NCBI GenBank assembly: GCA_951406725.2 | Contig: OX597838.1 | Location: 2,728,001 to 2,792,000 of the forward strand | Direction: 5' to 3' | Source: Octopus vulgaris | Taxonomy: Eukaryota | DNA: 64,000 nucleotides | Made by a program: the position numbers and the translations under genes | Shown: positions 59,153-64,000 of the stretch, in pieces | Layout: every line of letters starts with the position of its first letter | Position numbering within the stretch: the stretch's first letter is position 1 | Notes under the pieces: generated by a model | What the model saw: the letters and a program-made list of their open reading frames with translations, nothing else | The model's database searches: none | What the model was told of the DNA's origin: nothing

Positions 59153-59590
59153 GCTTGGATTATACAAGCAGCACAACAGTCAGAACACAATAACTGCAAC
59201 ATCAAAAAACATCAACAATCACAACAACATCAACAATAAACAGACCATCATCCATCAGGAGCTCTCTCTCTCTTTCTCTTTCTCTTTCTCCTCTGTGATC
59301 TCCATTCTCCAAAAACAATGAAATGGCACCAATAAAAGACAAGAAAGAATCGCTGACAATATAAACATGTGTGTGTGTGCGCACACCCCCACATATATAT
59401 ATGGGTACGTATGAATATATGCCCGGGTATTTGTGTGTATGCATTTATGTACATTGTGTGTGTGTGTATATGTATATATATATATACATATATATATATA
59501 CATATATATACATACATATATACCATGTTTGTATCTATGTTATATATGTGTGTATACATAACTATACGTAGATAGGTATGTATGTATATG

Positions 59591-59623
<33 letters not shown>

Positions 59624-59936
59624 CTGTGTGTGTGTACATAACTTTGCGTAGGTATGTATGTATATGTATATAAGTATAGGTGTATATATATATACATATA
59701 TATATTTTATATATATGCATGTATATATATATAGATAGATATTATACATATATGTGCGTCTACAAATGTATATATATATATGTTTATATATATGTAAATA
59801 TATATATTATATATGTATGCATAATAAATATATGTGTATATACGCATGTATGTATGTATGTATGTGTGTATGTATGTATGTATGTATGTATGTATGTATG
59901 TATGTATGTATATACGCATGTATGTATGTATGTATG

Positions 59937-59971
<35 letters not shown>

Positions 59972-60671
59972 TTATGTATGTATGTATGTATGTATGTATG
60001 TATGTACGATCAACATTCTAAGTAGAAGACTAAAGACAATGAAAGTGACAAACACTTGTTTTGTTGTTGTTGTTGTTGTGTTGTTTTTTTCGTTGTTTGC
60101 AAACATTTCTTCTTTCTGTTTTTGGAAGAATTAAGGAGATAGGAATCATAAACACGAACCATTAATATGGAAGCTTGAGAAAGAATGGTATTTTATACAG
60201 AATCTATATTGGTAAAGAGAGACAGGAAAATACAAATAATAACAGATACTAAAGTCACTTCCAAAGCAGGTGAGAATCTACCGAATGAATGGTCGGTGGG
60301 AGCGGCGGAGGCGGCGGCGGCGGTGTGGTGTTTCTTTGTTTTTTTTTATCGGAAGTGGGTTTATCAAATGATACGTGTTAGATACTATTATTTCTGGTGA
60401 TGGTGGTGGTATCGATGGTGGTAGTTCATGGGAGGTTTATTTAGAAAATATAAGATAGTACACCGGTTGCATAAACGCCAACAAAAACACCTCTAACAAC
60501 AACAACAACAACAACAACAACACCAATGCAAACAGCACCAACAACACGAACAACATCAGCACCAACGCCAGCGGCAACAAGGCCGTCGTTCTAATTTTAT
60601 ATTTGTTTTATAATTTGACATTTTGAAATGTTACCCTACTTCCGGTTACATTTCTATAGTTTAACAAGCGT

Positions 60672-60747
<76 letters not shown>

Positions 60748-60800
60748 GTATATGTATATGTATGTATGTATGTATGTATATTCCTATGCATATATATGTA

Positions 60801-60905
<105 letters not shown>

Positions 60906-61508
60906 AAACACACACACATACACACACACATATATATATATATATAGTATTGAGACATATATATAGATATTGAGATATATTGGGAGAGAATTAGATAGAT
61001 AGATGTACATATATACACATACATGCGCACACAAACTTGTTTTCTTTGGGGGTGGGTGAGGTGGGAGAGGTTGTATGTGGATTGGTGATTCTCAATTAAA
61101 ATTTATAGCGGAATGCAAATTGTGTTGCTTTATCGTTTAGGCATTCGGGAAGCGTTACTTTTATGATCTTTGGCAGGTTCCAGGCAGTTCGCTGTGGCCA
61201 TGCTGGAGCACTTGATATCGATTATTGAATAACAATTCTACAATGTTGTTTCTTTTTGTTTTCCATTATTTAATTTCTTTTTTCGGAAGAAAAAGAAAAC
61301 CGTTGAAGATCAGTGCAAAATCAGAAACATACCTATGTGTGTGTGAGTGTGTGTGTGTACGTATGTGTATACGTGCGTGTGTGTGTGTGTATGTGCGCGT
61401 GTGTATGTATGTATGCGTGTATGTGTGTATTTGTAATTAATTAGACAGGTAGACCCACGGACATAGATAGATAGATAGAAAATGGACAGATAGATACGTA
61501 GATGGATG

Positions 61509-61574
<66 letters not shown>

Positions 61575-62408
61575 CAGATATGCAACGAGAGAATCTGCAC
61601 ATAGACTTTAGAGTTGGTGCTAGGAACAGTAGCCAAATCACCCTCAAATCACAAGTCAACGTCTTCAGAAAAGGATTTATTTCTATTTTAGTCCAAGTTA
61701 TACAATTAGACGTGAAGGTCATGGGTAGGTATACCTGTGGTCTTACGTGTGTGAGTGTACGTGAGAGAGAGGGAAGGATTAAGTGTATGTGTGTGTGTGT
61801 GTGTGTGCGCGCGTGCTCCCTCGTGTCTAAGTTGAAACTAAAGCAACAAAACTAACAGCCGTAGCGAGAGCCAATCGAAGGTAAAATGATCAGCTAGAAA
61901 TAACAGCTACATCCCCCACAAGTCGTATCCAACATGTACAACAGAGACATTGGACTATCTAGTCCCAGAATGACTCGTAACTGGATAAAAGACAGCAATA
62001 ACTGCTATGTCTTGGTTCCCAAGGGCTGAATGGATAGCGATGAGCGAAGGTTAAGCAACAACAACAACAACAACAACCACGACAACGACAACAACAACAA
62101 CAGCATTGCATAAAGTTTAAAGCTTCTGGCTCCTTCATTAACTTTAATATATGGAAGCCTAAAAATATATTTAAAGTTTCCATACTTAATTAAAACTAAT
62201 TAATGTTTCTGAAGAATATTTTATTTAACAGCGAAACTCTCCCCCCCTCTCCATTCCGACTTCCTCTGCAAAATTCTCAAAGAGAAGAACCAGGGATTTA
62301 TGTATACGTAACTGCGCTCTTTACAGCAGGAACGGTGTTCGATTCCCGCAGGAGATCATGCAAATCTTTACCCCGTATTTTTCTATATGATATCTCTGAA
62401 TAATAATG

Positions 62409-62439
<31 letters not shown>

Positions 62440-62455
62440 CAACAATAATAATAAT

Positions 62456-62582
62456 GGTGTTTTGCAAAAAGCAGCCTTATTGGGCACAGCGCACATCTTC
62501 AGGAAAGTATTATCTGTCTAAGGTCCTTATGACTTGACAGATGACTCTCGTGCATTTTTACCTACACTGTGTTACGAAGGAA
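62456..62582 (+). mobile_element. Extreme 3' end of a third R4/Dong-type family in (AAT)n
   Basis: GVLQKAALLGTAHIFRKVLSV* plus a short UTR, with AAT repeats on both sides. Confidence 0.8.
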
Positions 62583-62607
62583 TAACAATAATAATAATAA
62601 TAATAGC

Positions 62608-62680
<73 letters not shown>

Positions 62681-62850
62681 CTTGGCAATATCAGCACTCA
62701 ACTACCAGCTTGGCTGAAAAAGATTGGTGCATGTGTGAAGGTAGAACACCTACAAAATTCAGCGTTGCTTGGAACTGCACATACTAGGTTTGATGACAGA
62801 TAATGAGTAAAAGAACACTGCACACGCAGTAGGAGAGAAAGAACCATAGC
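62681..62850 (+). mobile_element. 3' fragment of a fourth R4/Dong-type family
   Basis: LGNISTQLPAWLKKIGACVKVEHLQNSALLGTA is homologous to LGTVSKNLEKYVEQIGTAIKVEHLQKTALL at about 55060-55150. Confidence 0.75.
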
Positions 62851-63175
62851 GACAGAAGTGGAGGTGGAGGGGTAAGAGGAGCAGGAGGAGGAACAAGTGG
62901 AGGAGTAGAACTGGTATTGAATGACAGGGAAGTTATGGCAAGAGTTAACACGAATGAGAAATTTGTTTTGTTTAGTTTTATTTCATTTCATTAGCAAATA
63001 ATAAATATTTTGCGTTCAAAAATTTGTATTCTTTTCATCATTTTGTACAAGCACCAAGAAATTTGATTAATGTTCAATTATAATTATAGTATGTAGATGA
63101 TATTTCCTGATATAAGCCATAGTGACAAAATTGTTCTCCCAAACTTTTGCGTCATAAGGCTGGTAACACTCAAGT

Positions 63176-63220
<45 letters not shown>

Positions 63221-63246
63221 CATATATTTATACATATATATATATT

Positions 63247-63285
<39 letters not shown>

Positions 63286-63327
63286 TATATTATTATATAT
63301 GTATGATTATATATATATATATATAAT

Positions 63328-63731
63328 TTCTTTTACCTGTTTCAGTCATTTTGGCTGCGGCCATCCTGGGGCAGCGCCGTTAGTCGAAGAAATGGACCCT
63401 AGAATATATTCTTTGTAACCCTAAGACTTATTTTATCAGAGACTTTTGCTGAAATGCTAAGTTTTAGGGCTGTAAACACACCAAAATCTGTTGTCAAGCG
63501 ATGGTGGAGGGACAACAACAGACACACAAATAAATATAAGCACTTGGTATATTTATATATATATATATATATATGACGTGCTTCATTCAGTTTCCGTCTA
63601 CCAAATCCACTCACAAGGCTTCGGTCGGCCCGAGGCTATAGAAGACACTTGCTAAAAGGTGCCACACACTGGGACTGAACCTGGAACCATATGGTTGGTA
63701 AACAAGCTACCTACCACACAGCCACTCCTCG
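63328..63731 (-). mobile_element. SINE family B, near full length
   Basis: Aligns along its length with 48673-49029. Confidence 0.88.
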
Positions 63732-64000
63732 CAAGTTTATGTGTGTGTGTGTGTGTGTGTGTGTATCGCTTAGGCATAGGGAGATCTCAATACCCGGTAT
63801 AGATCTCAATATACGTTTGGTCCAGAATACAATGCTATATGAGTATAGAGTGGTAGGAGAAAACAGACAGCTGACACCGAAAAATACAAATGTTATGAAA
63901 TGAACTTCGTTAGCCTAGTACAATAAGACGTTTCTGCTATACGATGTGGTGGAGTAAGAGTGCACCTCATCTGTTAGCAGAAACAACTGTAAGCTTGTGA

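Overview
AT-rich eukaryotic genomic DNA, almost certainly from an octopus (coleoid cephalopod), judged from SINE families I recognise and the extreme microsatellite density. It looks intergenic or intronic. No intact host gene is recognisable, and nearly all tracked ORFs are translations of (TA)n, (CA)n, (GATA)n, (TATG)n, (AAT)n, (GAT)n or (GAA)n. The complex sequence is mostly decayed mobile DNA: three mariner-derived elements plus a solo end; R4/Dong-type LINE fragments in (AAT)n, with a probable non-autonomous partner; RTE 3' ends; Penelope-like GIY-YIG fragments; short (TA)n-embedded repeats with hammerhead-ribozyme-like cores; three tRNA-derived SINE families; and a ~225-bp fold-back element. 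The most notable patterns are: (1) each retroelement class sits in a different microsatellite type; (2) a 3' hairpin is shared by an R4/Dong LINE and a non-coding (AAT)n-inserted element; (3) one SINE family carries alternative 3' tails; (4) hammerhead-like motifs recur. A few non-repetitive islands could be host exons or regulatory sites but are unconfirmed. Family names come from motif recognition only; no database search was run.
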